A stretch of 63,767 nucleotides of DNA, the filler included. It is 8 parts of 8 records of this genome, joined end to end, with 100 filler letters (N's around TTAATTAATTAA, not from the genome) between each part and the next. Parts side by side here need not be neighbours in the genome. Positions count along the whole stretch, not along the records: positions 8,505 to 16,350 come from DRR723986_19694; positions 16,451 to 23,683 come from DRR723986_19738; 6 more parts are not named here. The stretch is one strand, 5' to 3'. Below the pieces are notes generated by a model. That model worked only from the letters and a program-made list of their open reading frames with translations. It did not search any database and was not told the origin of the DNA. Shown piece after piece: positions 8,586 through 19,707 of the stretch (its first letter is position 1; every line of letters starts with the position of its first letter). A program made the position numbers and the translations under genes.

Positions 8586-10334
8586 CTAGGCTGCTTGGAC
8601 CTTTTTCCTTAGGTCGTTGAACGCATCGTACTGAGACAAGAAAACGTGACCAGTCAATTCTTCTAGGAAATGGCTTCGGTTTAGGCGATCCATGACGGGC
8701 CCTTTGACTTCGGACAGATGCAGTTGAATGCCCAGATCCTTTAGCCGTTGGTTTATCGCCTCTAGGGATTCAAGCGCGCTTAGATCAATTTCATTCACAG
8801 CTGAACACATCAGGATCACATGGCGGAGTTCGCCAACATTCTGATGTGCCCGTGAAAGAACGAGATCCTCCATCCGGCGGGCGTTTGCAAAATACAGGCT
8901 TTCATCAATCCTTAGCGTGACCAAGCCTGGCTCCACTATAACGCTGTGGCGTTTGATATTGCGAAAATGCTGACCACCAGGCACCAAGCCAACCTCGGCG
9001 ACATGGGGGCGTGAAGTCTTATAGATGTATAGCAGGAGAGAGAGACCGACCCCACTGGCAACCCCGACTTCGACCCCTGCCCCAAGGGTTAGCAGAATGG
9101 TCGCAGAAACAGCGGCAAAATCGGCCTTAGAGTATGCCCATGCACGGCTCAGGATAGAGAGATCGACCAAAGACAACACGGCGACAATAATGGTCGCGGC
9201 CAAGGTGGCCTTTGGCAGAAAATACAACAGCGGCGTTAAAACCATAGCCGCAATTAACAGCCCAATCGCGGTAAAGGCGCCAGCGGCCGGTGTCTCTGCC
9301 CCGGCATCGAAATTCACCACCGAGCGGGCAAAGCCACCGGTTACAGGATAACCACCAGATAGTGCGGATGACACATTCGACGCACCCAATGCGATTAGTT
9401 CCTGATTGGGATCGATGCGCTGTTTTCGTTTCGAGGCAAGCGTTTGAGCCACTGAAACGCTTTCGACATATCCAATGATCGAAATAAGAACCGCAGGCCC
9501 AACCAAGGCTGGGATCAAATCCCAATCGAGCACGGGAATGCCAAATGGCGGCAGCCCGGTTGGAACAGTGCCAACGACGGCGACACCATACGCGGGTAAG
9601 TTAAGAACCCACGCAAGACCTGTTGTACCAATCACTGCAAAAATAGGACCAACACGCGCGATTGTCTTGGCCAGATTGGCTTCCAGACCCAGCTTGTTTT
9701 GCAAGGTCTGTGCCATGCCTTTGCGCACCCAAACCAAAAAACCAAGAGCTAGAACACCAATCAATAGGGTCGTAAAGCTCATTTCCGGCAGATGCCGCAG
9801 CAAGCCGCCTAAGATTTCAGGTAATGTGTGGCCATGCACCGATACACCCAGAATGTGTTTCAGCTGACTGGCCGCAATCAGCACCCCTGACGCCGCAATA
9901 AATCCTGCGATGACAGGATGGGATAGGAAATTGGCGACAACGCCCAACCGCAACGCCCCCATGGCGAGCAAGAGGACACCGGATATCAAGGCAAGCACAG
10001 CGGCCGCCGCAATATACGCCGACAAACTGTCCAGCCCAAGCGGCGCCAAAGCGGATGCGGTCATAAGCGAAACGACGGCCACCGGCCCCACAGCAAGCGC
10101 GCGGCTGGTCCCAAATATGGCATATGCAACCAACGGCAGAATGGATGCATAGAGCCCAACTTCGGCCGGTAGCCCCGCTAACAAAGCATAGGCCAGGGAT
10201 TGCGGGATCAGCATGATTGTGACGATGACTGCAGCCGTCAGATCCCCGGTAAAATGGGTGCGACTATATCGGCTCCCCCAATCCAAGATCGGAAACAACG
10301 GTGCGAGTTTTTTCTGATTCATAAGAAATCGCAT
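8586..10334 (-). CDS. sulP: SulP family anion transporter with STAS domain
   Basis: GDLTAAVIVTIMLIPQSLAYALLAGLP, NQELIALG, GGFARSVVN; STAS LRIDESLYFAN. Start may be 10322. Confidence 0.93.
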   Translation of the reverse strand: MRFLMNQKKLAPLFPILDWGSRYSRTHFTGDLTAAVIVTIMLIPQSLAYALLAGLPAEVGLYASILPLVAYAIFGTSRALAVGPVAVVSLMTASALAPLGLDSLSAYIAAAAVLALISGVLLLAMGALRLGVVANFLSHPVIAGFIAASGVLIAASQLKHILGVSVHGHTLPEILGGLLRHLPEMSFTTLLIGVLALGFLVWVRKGMAQTLQNKLGLEANLAKTIARVGPIFAVIGTTGLAWVLNLPAYGVAVVGTVPTGLPPFGIPVLDWDLIPALVGPAVLISIIGYVESVSVAQTLASKRKQRIDPNQELIALGASNVSSALSGGYPVTGGFARSVVNFDAGAETPAAGAFTAIGLLIAAMVLTPLLYFLPKATLAATIIVAVLSLVDLSILSRAWAYSKADFAAVSATILLTLGAGVEVGVASGVGLSLLLYIYKTSRPHVAEVGLVPGGQHFRNIKRHSVIVEPGLVTLRIDESLYFANARRMEDLVLSRAHQNVGELRHVILMCSAVNEIDLSALESLEAINQRLKDLGIQLHLSEVKGPVMDRLNRSHFLEELTGHVFLSQYDAFNDLRKKVQAA

Positions 10335-10442
10335 TGCCCTGCCCTGTGCCCAACTGGTTCTGGTTTCGTGCCAAAAGATACATTCAAATATCTATATGTG
10401 ATAGAACTGGGTAATGTGAACCCTAAAAGGGACATAGGCACA

Positions 10443-10477
10443 AAAAAAGCACGCGCCCACACAAGGGCGCGTGCTTT
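10443..10477. terminator. Intrinsic terminator of gcdH
   Basis: AAAAAAGCACGCGCCC-acacaa-GGGCGCGTGCTTT. Confidence 0.8.
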
Positions 10478-10496
10478 GTAGCATTTAAATCAACAC

Positions 10497-11723
10497 TTAG
10501 TAGAAGGCTTGCAAACCTGTCTGCGCGCGACCCAAAATCAGGGCGTGTACATCATGTGCGCCTTCATAGGTGTTCACTGTTTCAAGGTTCACCATGTGAC
10601 GGATGACGTTGAATTCAAGGCTGATGCCGTTTCCGCCGTGCATGTCCCGGCTCATCCGAGCGATATCCAAGGACTTACCACAGTTGTTACGCTTGACGAT
10701 CGAAATCATCTCGGGTGCGGCATTGGCTTGGTCCATCAAACGACCAACACGCAACGATGCCTGTAGGCCCAGTGCGATTTCTGTCTGCATATCAGCTAGT
10801 TTGCGCTGGAACAGCTGTGTGTGCGCCAAGGGACGGTTGAACTGGTGACGATCTAGGCCGTACTGACGGGCCCCCAACCAGCACGCCTCAGCAGCGCCCA
10901 TGACGCCCCAGCTGATGCCATAGCGGGCACGGTTCAGACAGCCAAACGGACCTTTCAGACCTTGAACGTTCGGCATCAAAGCATCTTCGCCCACTTCGAC
11001 ACCGTCCATGACGATTTCGCCAGTGATTGATGCACGCAAGCTCATCTTGTTTTGGATCTTGGGGGCGCTCAGGCCCTTCATGCCTTTTTCTAGGATGAAG
11101 CCGCGGATCTTGCCGTCATGCGCGTCGGACTTTGCCCAAACCACAAACACATCCGCGATGGGAGAGTTCGAAATCCACATTTTCGACCCGGTCAGGCGGT
11201 ATCCGCCATCAGTCTTTTCAGCGCGTGTTTTCATGCCGGCCGGGTCACTGCCCGCATCAGGTTCTGTCAGACCAAAACAGCCAATGAACTCACCAGACGC
11301 CAGTTTGGGCAGGTACTTCATGCGCTGTTCTTCGCTGCCGTAGGCATAGATCGGGTACATAACCAGACTGGATTGCACCGACATCATCGAACGGTATCCG
11401 GAATCGACACGCTCAACTTCGCGCGCAACTAGGCCATAGCTCACATAGCCAGACCCCAATCCGCCGTATTGCTCGGGCAGTGTGACACCCAACAGGCCCA
11501 TTTCGCCCATTTCACGGAAAATTTCCGGATCGGTTTCTTCGTTTTGAAAGGCATCGGTGACGCGCGGCTGCAACTTTTCCTGCGCATAGGCGCGGGCGCT
11601 GGCAGCGATCATGCGTTCGTCTTCTTCCAGCTGATCAGTCAGACGAAAGGGATCTTCCCAATCAAAGGAACCGAGATCTGGCGCATCCTTGGCACGCAGG
11701 GTTGGCTTGGTGGGGGCATTCAT
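10497..11723 (-). CDS. gcdH: Glutaryl-CoA dehydrogenase
   Basis: [60 protein letters not shown]. Confidence 0.92.
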   Translation of the reverse strand: MNAPTKPTLRAKDAPDLGSFDWEDPFRLTDQLEEDERMIAASARAYAQEKLQPRVTDAFQNEETDPEIFREMGEMGLLGVTLPEQYGGLGSGYVSYGLVAREVERVDSGYRSMMSVQSSLVMYPIYAYGSEEQRMKYLPKLASGEFIGCFGLTEPDAGSDPAGMKTRAEKTDGGYRLTGSKMWISNSPIADVFVVWAKSDAHDGKIRGFILEKGMKGLSAPKIQNKMSLRASITGEIVMDGVEVGEDALMPNVQGLKGPFGCLNRARYGISWGVMGAAEACWLGARQYGLDRHQFNRPLAHTQLFQRKLADMQTEIALGLQASLRVGRLMDQANAAPEMISIVKRNNCGKSLDIARMSRDMHGGNGISLEFNVIRHMVNLETVNTYEGAHDVHALILGRAQTGLQAFY

Positions 11724-11803
11724 GGCGCATTCTCCAAATATCAAGTTGCGCGCAGCTTATCGTGCGAAAAGATCAAAAAACAGCGAGACTTTCGCATGCT
11801 TTC

Positions 11804-11818
11804 ATGAGTAAAACGCAT
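11804..11818. promoter_or_regulatory. LysR-type T-N11-A operator
   Basis: ATGAGTAAAACGCAT dyad between divergent gcdH and the LysR gene. Confidence 0.5.
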
Positions 11819-11820
11819 AC

Positions 11821-12732
11821 ATGAGTACATCACGTCGTTTCCTCCCCTCTATTGCCTCGCTTCGTGCGTTGGAAGCCCTTGATCGTCTTGGATCAGCATC
11901 TGCCGTAGCAGAGGAGCTGAGCCTGACGCAAAGCGCTGTCTCTCGTCAGTTGCAAACCTTGGAAACACAGATGGGAATCGAGCTGGTCAAACGTGACCGA
12001 AAGCGGTTGTCGCTTACCGCTTCAGCTCAGGACTACGTGATTGAGATCCGACAGGCTCTGAACCAGATTGCACAAGCTTCCTTACGGTTGCAGGTCGCCC
12101 CAGTCGGCGGCACATTAAACCTTGCGATTTTGCCGACCTTTGGAATGCGATGGTTGATGCCGCGTTTGCCCGAATTTTCGCGTCTGCATCCGGACGTTAC
12201 GATCAATATGTCCACGCAACTGAGACCGTTTAATTTTGCAAACGAACCCTTTGACGCGGCGATTCATTTTGGTGTGCCCAATTGGCCTGACACCGATACA
12301 CTGATGCTCAAGACCGAGCGCGTGTTACCCGTCTGCGCCCCCTCTCTTGTACAAGCGCAAATGAATTTGTCCCCGCAGCACTTGCTACGATTGCCTTTGT
12401 TGCACATCCAGACGCGCCCAAATGCTTGGCAGGACTGGTTCAAAGAAATGGGGGTTGAGAACGAAGCACCACTTGCGGGAACTCTGTACGATCAATTTTC
12501 AACCATCACCCAAGCAGCGTTGCACGGGCTAGGCGTTGCCTTGATGCCAGAGTATTTGGTCGAACAAGATCTCGCGACAGGGCGGTTGATCGCCCTTAGC
12601 CCCACAGCGATTGAGGCCAAAGGCGCCTATTATCTGGTCTGGCCACGCAATAAATCGCGGGACCAATCACTGATGGAGTTTCGCCATTGGCTGGCCTCGA
12701 AAGCCCAGCCCGAAGATGACTTGCCCCGTTAA
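11821..12732 (+). CDS. LysR family regulator (GcvA/GcdR-like)
   Basis: LPSIASLRALEALDRLGSASAVAEELSLTQSAVSRQ; divergent from gcdH. Confidence 0.9.
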   Translation: MSTSRRFLPSIASLRALEALDRLGSASAVAEELSLTQSAVSRQLQTLETQMGIELVKRDRKRLSLTASAQDYVIEIRQALNQIAQASLRLQVAPVGGTLNLAILPTFGMRWLMPRLPEFSRLHPDVTINMSTQLRPFNFANEPFDAAIHFGVPNWPDTDTLMLKTERVLPVCAPSLVQAQMNLSPQHLLRLPLLHIQTRPNAWQDWFKEMGVENEAPLAGTLYDQFSTITQAALHGLGVALMPEYLVEQDLATGRLIALSPTAIEAKGAYYLVWPRNKSRDQSLMEFRHWLASKAQPEDDLPR

Positions 12733-12735
12733 CGC

Positions 12736-13425
12736 TTAACCCAGCGCATAACCCGCGCCGCGCACGGTTCGAACCGGATCAACGCCACCAAATTGCGTCA
12801 AAGCTTTACGCAGCCGGCCAATGTGGACGTCTACGGTACGCGTATCAACATAGATGTCCCGCCCCCACACACGATCCAACAGCTGTTCACGGCTCCAAAC
12901 CCGTCCGGGCTTTTCCATGAACGTCGATAGCAGGCGAAATTCAGTTGGGCCCAATTTCAACGGGTTTTCATCCCGGCTGACCTTGTGCGTTTCGGCATCC
13001 AGAATGATATCGTCAAACTCCAATCGCAGCCCAACTGTAGAGGGTCGAACCCGTCGCAACTGAGAGCGCACGCGCGCCATCAATTCCACGATGGAATATG
13101 GCTTAACCACATAATCGTCAGCCCCAGTTTCAAGACCGCGCACCTTGTCGACCTCTTCGGAACGGGCAGACAACATGATGATCGGGATCGAACGCGTCTC
13201 GGGGCGTGTTTTCAGTCGGCGACACACCTCGATACCGCTTAGATTTGGCATCATCCAATCCAGAACAATGATATCCGGGTTGTCTTCATCCACCAAAAGC
13301 AGCGCTTCTTCACCGTTCTCAGCTTTGGACACCTTAAACCCTTCGGCCTCAAGGTTGTAGGCTAGAACTTCACGCTGTGCGTGCTCATCTTCGACAACAA
13401 GGACTGTCGGCTGATCGGCTGACAT
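12736..13425 (-). CDS. phoB: Phosphate regulon response regulator PhoB
   Basis: Receiver domain (LDWMMP) plus OmpR wHTH (LGPTEFRLL, RTVDVHIGRLRK); follows phoU. Confidence 0.95.
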   Translation of the reverse strand: MSADQPTVLVVEDEHAQREVLAYNLEAEGFKVSKAENGEEALLLVDEDNPDIIVLDWMMPNLSGIEVCRRLKTRPETRSIPIIMLSARSEEVDKVRGLETGADDYVVKPYSIVELMARVRSQLRRVRPSTVGLRLEFDDIILDAETHKVSRDENPLKLGPTEFRLLSTFMEKPGRVWSREQLLDRVWGRDIYVDTRTVDVHIGRLRKALTQFGGVDPVRTVRGAGYALG

Positions 13426-13431
13426 TGGACC

Positions 13432-14139
13432 TTACTCCTTTGATGGAACTGAGGTGACGTCTGCCTTTGGACGCACGTCTTCTGGGCGCGAACCCGTCAC
13501 CAGATACACCACTTGTTCAGCGATCGAGGTCACATGATCCCCCATGCGTTCGATGTTCTTAGCGATGAAATGCAGGTGCATGCAGGCAGTGATGTTGCGC
13601 GGATCCTCAGCCATAAAGGTCAAGAACTCACGGAACAGCGCATTATACATCTGATCCACTTCGTGATCACGTGTAATCACATCTGTTGCCAGTTCCGCAT
13701 CCCGTTGAATATAGGCGTCCAGCGCATCCTTAAGCATCATCTCAACTTCGCGCGCCATACGGCGCAGTGCAGCGGCGCTATCATTCACCGGAGGCGTTTC
13801 GACCAAAACAGTGGTGCGTTTAGCGATGTTTTTGGCGTAATCCCCAATCCGTTCCAGATTTGCCGAAACCTTAAGAACGGACAAAACCAGACGCAAATCG
13901 CTCGCTGTTGGGGACCGCAAAGCGATCAGCCGGGCGGTTTCTTCGTTGATAAGCTCTTCGAGGGCATCAATAGCTTTGTCGCCGGCCCGAACTTCGGTCG
14001 CTAATTCGACATCGCGTGTTTCGAGAGACCGCGCTGCGCTCATAATGGCCGCTTCGACCAAGCCCCCCATCTTCATGATGTGCGCCTGAACCGCTTCGAG
14101 ATCACGATCATAAACGGATGTAATGTGTTGTTCTGTCAT
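13432..14139 (-). CDS. phoU: Phosphate signalling protein PhoU
   Basis: Two PhoU repeats (LERIGDYAKNIA, IERMGDHVTSIAE). Confidence 0.95.
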   Translation of the reverse strand: MTEQHITSVYDRDLEAVQAHIMKMGGLVEAAIMSAARSLETRDVELATEVRAGDKAIDALEELINEETARLIALRSPTASDLRLVLSVLKVSANLERIGDYAKNIAKRTTVLVETPPVNDSAAALRRMAREVEMMLKDALDAYIQRDAELATDVITRDHEVDQMYNALFREFLTFMAEDPRNITACMHLHFIAKNIERMGDHVTSIAEQVVYLVTGSRPEDVRPKADVTSVPSKE

Positions 14140-14156
14140 GTTTATGTCGTCCTGAC

Positions 14157-14954
14157 TTAGCCGATCCGGCCGGTGATATAGCTTTCGGTGCGTGGATCTC
14201 GCGGGTTGGTGAAAATCTGCCCGGTTTCACCGAATTCAACCAAATTGCCCAAGTGGAAAAACGCGGTTTTTTGGCTGACACGTGCGGCCTGCTGCATCGA
14301 GTGGGTGACGATCACGACAGAATAGCTCTGACGCAGTTCATCAATCAGTTCTTCAACCTGCGCCGTTGCAATCGGATCCAATGCTGAACACGGCTCGTCC
14401 ATCAGCAAAACCTCTGGTTCGGTTGCAACCGCACGTGCGATGCATAACCGCTGCTGTTGCCCGCCGGACAGGCCCGTACCGGGCGAATCCAGTCGATCCT
14501 TGACTTCATTCCAGATCGCACCGCGCCGAAGCGATTTCTCAACAATATCATCAAGTTCAGCTTTGTTCCGAGCCAACCCATGGATGCGCGGGCCATAAGC
14601 AACGTTGTCATAGATCGACTTGGGGAATGGGTTTGGTTTCTGAAACACCATCCCCACTTTGGCCCGCAGCTGAACCGGATCGACGCGTTTATCGTAAATG
14701 TTCTCCCCATCCAGCAGGATCTGACCCTGCACCCGGCACACATCAATCGTGTCGTTCATCCGGTTGAGGCACCGCAGGAATGTGGATTTGCCACACCCAG
14801 ATGGGCCAATAAATGCGGTTACGGTTTTCTCTTCGATCTCGACGTTTACGTCTTTAATCGCATGGGTCTCACCGTAATAGACCTGAACGTCTGTTGCGGA
14901 AATCTTTGTTTTACGTGTTTCCACATCTCTCTCCACGAGTGTCATGTCTTTCAT
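14157..14954 (-). CDS. pstB: Phosphate ABC transporter ATPase PstB
   Basis: [37 protein letters not shown]. Confidence 0.96.
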   Translation of the reverse strand: MKDMTLVERDVETRKTKISATDVQVYYGETHAIKDVNVEIEEKTVTAFIGPSGCGKSTFLRCLNRMNDTIDVCRVQGQILLDGENIYDKRVDPVQLRAKVGMVFQKPNPFPKSIYDNVAYGPRIHGLARNKAELDDIVEKSLRRGAIWNEVKDRLDSPGTGLSGGQQQRLCIARAVATEPEVLLMDEPCSALDPIATAQVEELIDELRQSYSVVIVTHSMQQAARVSQKTAFFHLGNLVEFGETGQIFTNPRDPRTESYITGRIG

Positions 14955-14968
14955 TATTCTGCCCCTTC

Positions 14969-16324
14969 TTACCAGCGGCGTTCAAAGCGGCGGCGCAAGA
15001 TCACGGCCACTGTGTTCATGGTGACAAGGAAGACCAGAAGGATGATGATACCACCCCAGGCCCGTTCGTAAAATGCTGGGTCAGCGCGCTTAGCCCATTC
15101 ATAGATTTGTGCAGGCATGGCCGAGTTGGGGTCCAACAAACCTGACGCAATGCTGTCAGGCGCGTTTGAGGCGATAAAGCCGACCATTCCGATCAATAGC
15201 AGCGGGGCCGTTTCGCCCAGCGCCTGCGCCAATCCGATGATTGTACCGGTTAGGATACCGGGTGCAGCCAAAGGCAACACATGGTGGAATACCGCCTGCA
15301 TCTTGCTTGCCCCGACCCCCAGCGCCGCATCGCGAATGCTAGGCGGTACGGATTTCAGCGAGGCGCGCGTCGAAATGATGATCGTTGGCAATGTCATCAG
15401 CGTCAGAACCAGACCACCAACCAAAGGTGCAGATGTTGGCAGATGCATATAGTTGATAAACACTGCCAAACCAAGAATACCAAACACAATCGACGGCACC
15501 GCAGCCAGGTTCGAGATGTTGACCTCAATGATATCTGTTAGCCAGTTTTGTGGTGCGAACTCTTCCAGATAGATTGATGCAGCAACACCGATTGGCAAAG
15601 CAAGACCAAGCACGACAAACATCATGGAAAGCGAACCCAACATCGAAACGCCCATTCCGGCGGCTTCGGGGCGTTGGTCCGATGCATCGGCACCCATAAT
15701 GAAGTCGATGTTAAAGGTTTTTTTGATCGTCCCCGCTGCAACCAACTGATCAACGAGATCAAGCTGTTCAGCTGAAATGCTCTTGTCGTTTGCGATGCTG
15801 TCGCGGCTGACACGCCCCTTCATGTACCCGTCCACGCGACTGTTGGTTAGGAACCGGAACGTGACTGTCTCACCGATCTTATCGGGGTTTCCGATTACAT
15901 AATTCCGCAACTGACCTGCTGCGCTTTTGGACAGCAATGCGGCCTGCTTCTTGACCTTAAGATCGGTTTCGATGCCCAGCTCTGCAACTTTTGTCTTGAA
16001 CGCATTCTTGATCAGAGGCGCATACCCAAACGTTGAGACCTTTTTGATGTCATCAATGTTCCGAGTGCCCTTTTTGTCCAACTTCTTTTCTAGCAGCTCA
16101 ACATCGAGCGTGATGAAGGTCTGGCTGTAGGCCCCAACCCCTTTTCCAAGGATTGTTGTAACCAGTATAACCAGCATCATCAGGCCGACGGCAATCGCCG
16201 CAATTCCATAGACCTGAAAGCGTTTTTCAGCATTGTTGCGTTTGATGGTTCGGGGGTTCGGCGTGAGCAACGAACCGGCATGTTTGCTGGACCCGTTTTC
16301 AGGCGTTTGACTGATATCACTCAT
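14969..16324 (-). CDS. pstA: Phosphate ABC transporter permease PstA
   Basis: [35 protein letters not shown]. Confidence 0.95.
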   Translation of the reverse strand: MSDISQTPENGSSKHAGSLLTPNPRTIKRNNAEKRFQVYGIAAIAVGLMMLVILVTTILGKGVGAYSQTFITLDVELLEKKLDKKGTRNIDDIKKVSTFGYAPLIKNAFKTKVAELGIETDLKVKKQAALLSKSAAGQLRNYVIGNPDKIGETVTFRFLTNSRVDGYMKGRVSRDSIANDKSISAEQLDLVDQLVAAGTIKKTFNIDFIMGADASDQRPEAAGMGVSMLGSLSMMFVVLGLALPIGVAASIYLEEFAPQNWLTDIIEVNISNLAAVPSIVFGILGLAVFINYMHLPTSAPLVGGLVLTLMTLPTIIISTRASLKSVPPSIRDAALGVGASKMQAVFHHVLPLAAPGILTGTIIGLAQALGETAPLLLIGMVGFIASNAPDSIASGLLDPNSAMPAQIYEWAKRADPAFYERAWGGIIILLVFLVTMNTVAVILRRRFERRW

Positions 16325-16350
16325 TCGTACTGTTCCCGGTATTTGCGCAC
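16321..16350 (-). CDS. pstC: PstC C-terminal end (partial)
   Basis: VRKYREQYE* overlapping the pstA start (ATGA); typical alphaproteobacterial PstC ending. Confidence 0.7.
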   Translation of the reverse strand: MRKYREQYE

Positions 16351-16532
16351 NNNNNNNNNNNNNNNNNNNNNNNNNNNNNNNNNNNNNNNNNNNNTTAATT
16401 AATTAANNNNNNNNNNNNNNNNNNNNNNNNNNNNNNNNNNNNNNNNNNNNCCCTTCAAGTTCAGTTCCCAATCAACCAGTTCAGTGCGACACAAGTAACC
16501 CGCGCCGAGTTGGCAATAAACCGCAATGCAGC

Positions 16533-18362
16533 TCACGGCTTCTTGATAAACCGGTTGGTAAACCGCACCGCCTCGGAATACGGGAAAATATCCTCAATGT
16601 GCCCTTGGGTAATGCGGTCTTTTCGCTCTTGCCAAAACTCATATTCCAGCAAATCACGGTGCTTGCTCAAAAACGCTTTGCGCACCCGGCGGTCACCCAG
16701 CAAAAAGTGCCCGAACTCTTCGGGGAATACGTCTTTCGGCCCCACTGTGTACCAAGGTTCCGAGGACATTTCTGCCTCGGGGTTGGGGGCATCCGGAATT
16801 CGGCGGAAATTGGAGTCGGTCATGTACTCAATTTCGTCGTAATCGTAAAACACCACTCGACCCAAGCGGGTCACACCAAAGTTCTTGAACAGCATATCGC
16901 CCGGAAAAATATTCGCGGCAGCCAGTTGCTTGATCGCATTGCCATACTCTGTAATGCCGTGTTCCACTTCCGCGTCGGTGCCCTGCTGCAAGTAAATGTT
17001 CAGAGGAGTCATGCGGCGCTCAATGTACACATGCTTGATCACCACGGTGTCCTCTTCAAAGCTGAGCGAGCTTTCACAAGTGTCCTTCAAATGCTCGATC
17101 AATTCTTCTGAAAAGCGGTTCAGTGGCAAACCCACATGGCTGTATTCCCAGGTGTCAGCCATGCGACCCACGCGATCGTGCTCTTTCACCAACTGGTACT
17201 TACGCATCACGCCAGCGCGGTCAATTTCCTTGCTGGGTGCAATTTTGTCCTTGATCAGCTTGAACACGTAGGGATAAGACGGCAGCGTGAACACCGCCAT
17301 GACCAAACCCTTGATACCGGGCGCCACGATAAACTCATCGTGCGAATGCTTCAAGTGGTGCAGAAAATCCCGGTAAAACAGGGTTTTGCCCTGCTTGTGC
17401 AAGCCCAGCATGGTGTACATCTCGGCCTTGGGCTTGTTCGGCAACAGGGTACGCAGAAACTGCACATAGGCGCCAGGCGTTTCCATGTCCACCAAAAAAT
17501 AAGCGCGCGTGAAACTGAACAATGTGGCGATTTGCTGCACATTGAACAGCACTGTGTCGATGTACAACTTGCCGGAAGAATCGCGAAGAATCGGAATGGC
17601 AAATGGTTGAGGCATGTTGGCATTGATGAACTTGCCAATGATGTATGCGCCCTTGTTGCGGAAGAACAAACTGGACAGCACTTGAATTTGGCAATCCGGA
17701 TCGACCTTGATGGGCCGTGGCATCACCTGCCGTGCAGCATGCACCACGTAACGCAGATCACGCTCCAAATCCACAAATTCAGCGTTCAGGGAGAAATCAC
17801 GAATCAATCGCTTCAATGTTTTGCGCAAGCCACCGCTTTTTGGGTTGGCCGGGTAATAGCTGCGGTAAGAAGGCGGATCACTTTCCACGTAATCGGTGCT
17901 GACCGCGGGGCGCACAAACAGAAACCGATTGTGGTAGTAATCGCGATGCAAAATCTTGGTCACGGCGGAATTGAAAAAGGTCTCCGCCAACTCAGGCTGT
18001 TTGTGGTCAACCAGGTAAGTCACAAAACGGGTTTTGATCTTGGCCCACACCGATTCGCTCATCAGTAGCGAACCATAATTGCGCCGCAGTAAATCCACCG
18101 CCTCTTTCACACGTTCATCGTAAAAATCAATACGGTCGCGGGCCAGTTGCTGGATCAAATGCCAATCGCCTTCCTCAAACAGCTTTTTGGTTTGCTGGGC
18201 GCAATAGCGAAACAAGCGGTAGTGTTTGTCGAAGCCCGCCAGAATGTCGCTGGCCACTTTTTTGGACAGCTCGCGCTCCTCCTCCTCACTCAGGTGGCTG
18301 GTTTCGCTGAGTTCACCAAAATCCTCTTCCAGGGTTTTCAGGTCCAAAGGCACGCTACTCAT
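16533..18362 (-). CDS. aceK: Isocitrate dehydrogenase kinase/phosphatase
   Basis: APGIKGLVMAVFTLP, HDRVGRMAD, NIFPGDMLFKNFGVTRLGRVVFYDYDEI. Confidence 0.96.
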   Translation of the reverse strand: MSSVPLDLKTLEEDFGELSETSHLSEEEERELSKKVASDILAGFDKHYRLFRYCAQQTKKLFEEGDWHLIQQLARDRIDFYDERVKEAVDLLRRNYGSLLMSESVWAKIKTRFVTYLVDHKQPELAETFFNSAVTKILHRDYYHNRFLFVRPAVSTDYVESDPPSYRSYYPANPKSGGLRKTLKRLIRDFSLNAEFVDLERDLRYVVHAARQVMPRPIKVDPDCQIQVLSSLFFRNKGAYIIGKFINANMPQPFAIPILRDSSGKLYIDTVLFNVQQIATLFSFTRAYFLVDMETPGAYVQFLRTLLPNKPKAEMYTMLGLHKQGKTLFYRDFLHHLKHSHDEFIVAPGIKGLVMAVFTLPSYPYVFKLIKDKIAPSKEIDRAGVMRKYQLVKEHDRVGRMADTWEYSHVGLPLNRFSEELIEHLKDTCESSLSFEEDTVVIKHVYIERRMTPLNIYLQQGTDAEVEHGITEYGNAIKQLAAANIFPGDMLFKNFGVTRLGRVVFYDYDEIEYMTDSNFRRIPDAPNPEAEMSSEPWYTVGPKDVFPEEFGHFLLGDRRVRKAFLSKHRDLLEYEFWQERKDRITQGHIEDIFPYSEAVRFTNRFIKKP

Positions 18363-18483
18363 AAGCTGGCTTCACTCCATATGATGAACCACCGATTCTA
18401 CGAGATCCCATTCCCGTTTGCCCAAGAAAATCCAAAACCTGCGCGAACTTAGTATCATGGACGGATTGAATCAGGAAGTTGTC

Positions 18484-19704
18484 ATGCCAAGTCGTTTCAA
18501 GTTGCTCTACCTGTTGTGCTTACCCTTGCTGGCCTGGGCCTGCAACGGAGAAAACAATTCCGGCTCCGCACCGCGCAATGCCATTCAATCCTCAGAGGCC
18601 TTTGGCTGGCCTGCTTCAGTTCAAGGTGAAAATCCCCCAGAAAGCCCTTTGTCTTCCGATGATGTGCTGTTTCAACTGGGCATGGTCAGCGACATGTTGC
18701 CGCGCCAACAACTGGCCGGTGTGGTTGACCCCATCGCCTTGGGCTACACGCTGAGCGACATCACCGACCCCGCTTTGCTTGAATTTCAAATTCGCGCCAT
18801 GGCGGCGCAATTGAGCGACGGTTCCCGCATTGATCAAGTATTTCATTGGTACGGGCACCCCGAGAACAACAAGTCGGTTGCACTGGTTCCCGTTGAATTT
18901 CAAAACCGCTACGGCACCCGCCTGCATGGCGAAATTGTGCTACCCAAACGCGGACAAACTGCGGCCACCGCCCAAAAATACCCATTGATACTTGCGCTTG
19001 AAGGCCTGAACACCAACACAGCCATGTACCGCTGGTGGCACCAGTTGTTTGCCGATGCAGGTTATCTGGTGTTTGCGTTTGACTTTTCCGGCCAGGGTCG
19101 ATCAGATGATGAAGTGCAAGGCGACCCCGGCAATAACATTGAAGAAGCGCAAGACGCGCTCACCTACCTGCTCAACAACAGCCCTGTGCGCGAGTTTATC
19201 GACCCGGCCCGCATTGGCGTGATTGGCCACAGCATGGGCGCCATTGCCACCATGGGTTTGCAAGCAGTGGAGCCACGATTGAAAGCCGCTGTGGCTGCCG
19301 CACCCATCAGCGAAATTCAATCGGTGTTCGACAAAAACCCGATCCCTGTGATGATACAAACCGGTGACCACGATGGCCCGATTGCACCGATTGTGGCGGT
19401 AAACCCGGCCGTGGTGCGCCCGGTGTATGACCAACTGACCAGTGACCGCGCCTTTATCGTGGCCGATGCCGCCAGCCATGCACAGCACACCAACTACCCG
19501 CTGCTGCCCACCTCAACCTGGGGACGGGAAATTGCTGCCCAGTACTCACTGGCCTGGATGAATTTCCACCTGCTGGGCAACACTGAGGCGCTGAAAGTGC
19601 TGCAAGCTGCGCACCCCAGGCTGAGCTACTTGTGGGAAAGTGAAGTGGTGATTGGGCAGGACAAGCGGGTGTTCAAATCCACCGGGCCTGCCCTGCCGCA
19701 GTAA
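18484..19704 (+). CDS. Alpha/beta hydrolase lipoprotein
   Basis: Lipobox-like LLAWAC; FDFSGQGRS; nucleophile GHSMG; candidate Asp (GDHDG) and His (ASHAQH). Confidence 0.8.
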   Translation: MPSRFKLLYLLCLPLLAWACNGENNSGSAPRNAIQSSEAFGWPASVQGENPPESPLSSDDVLFQLGMVSDMLPRQQLAGVVDPIALGYTLSDITDPALLEFQIRAMAAQLSDGSRIDQVFHWYGHPENNKSVALVPVEFQNRYGTRLHGEIVLPKRGQTAATAQKYPLILALEGLNTNTAMYRWWHQLFADAGYLVFAFDFSGQGRSDDEVQGDPGNNIEEAQDALTYLLNNSPVREFIDPARIGVIGHSMGAIATMGLQAVEPRLKAAVAAAPISEIQSVFDKNPIPVMIQTGDHDGPIAPIVAVNPAVVRPVYDQLTSDRAFIVADAASHAQHTNYPLLPTSTWGREIAAQYSLAWMNFHLLGNTEALKVLQAAHPRLSYLWESEVVIGQDKRVFKSTGPALPQ

Positions 19705-19707
19705 GCG

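Noticed and set aside
17136-18068. Long antisense ORFs (also 34595..35611, 53170..53913, 58581..59657)
   Set aside because: Shadows of well-supported genes on the opposite strand, with no motifs of their own
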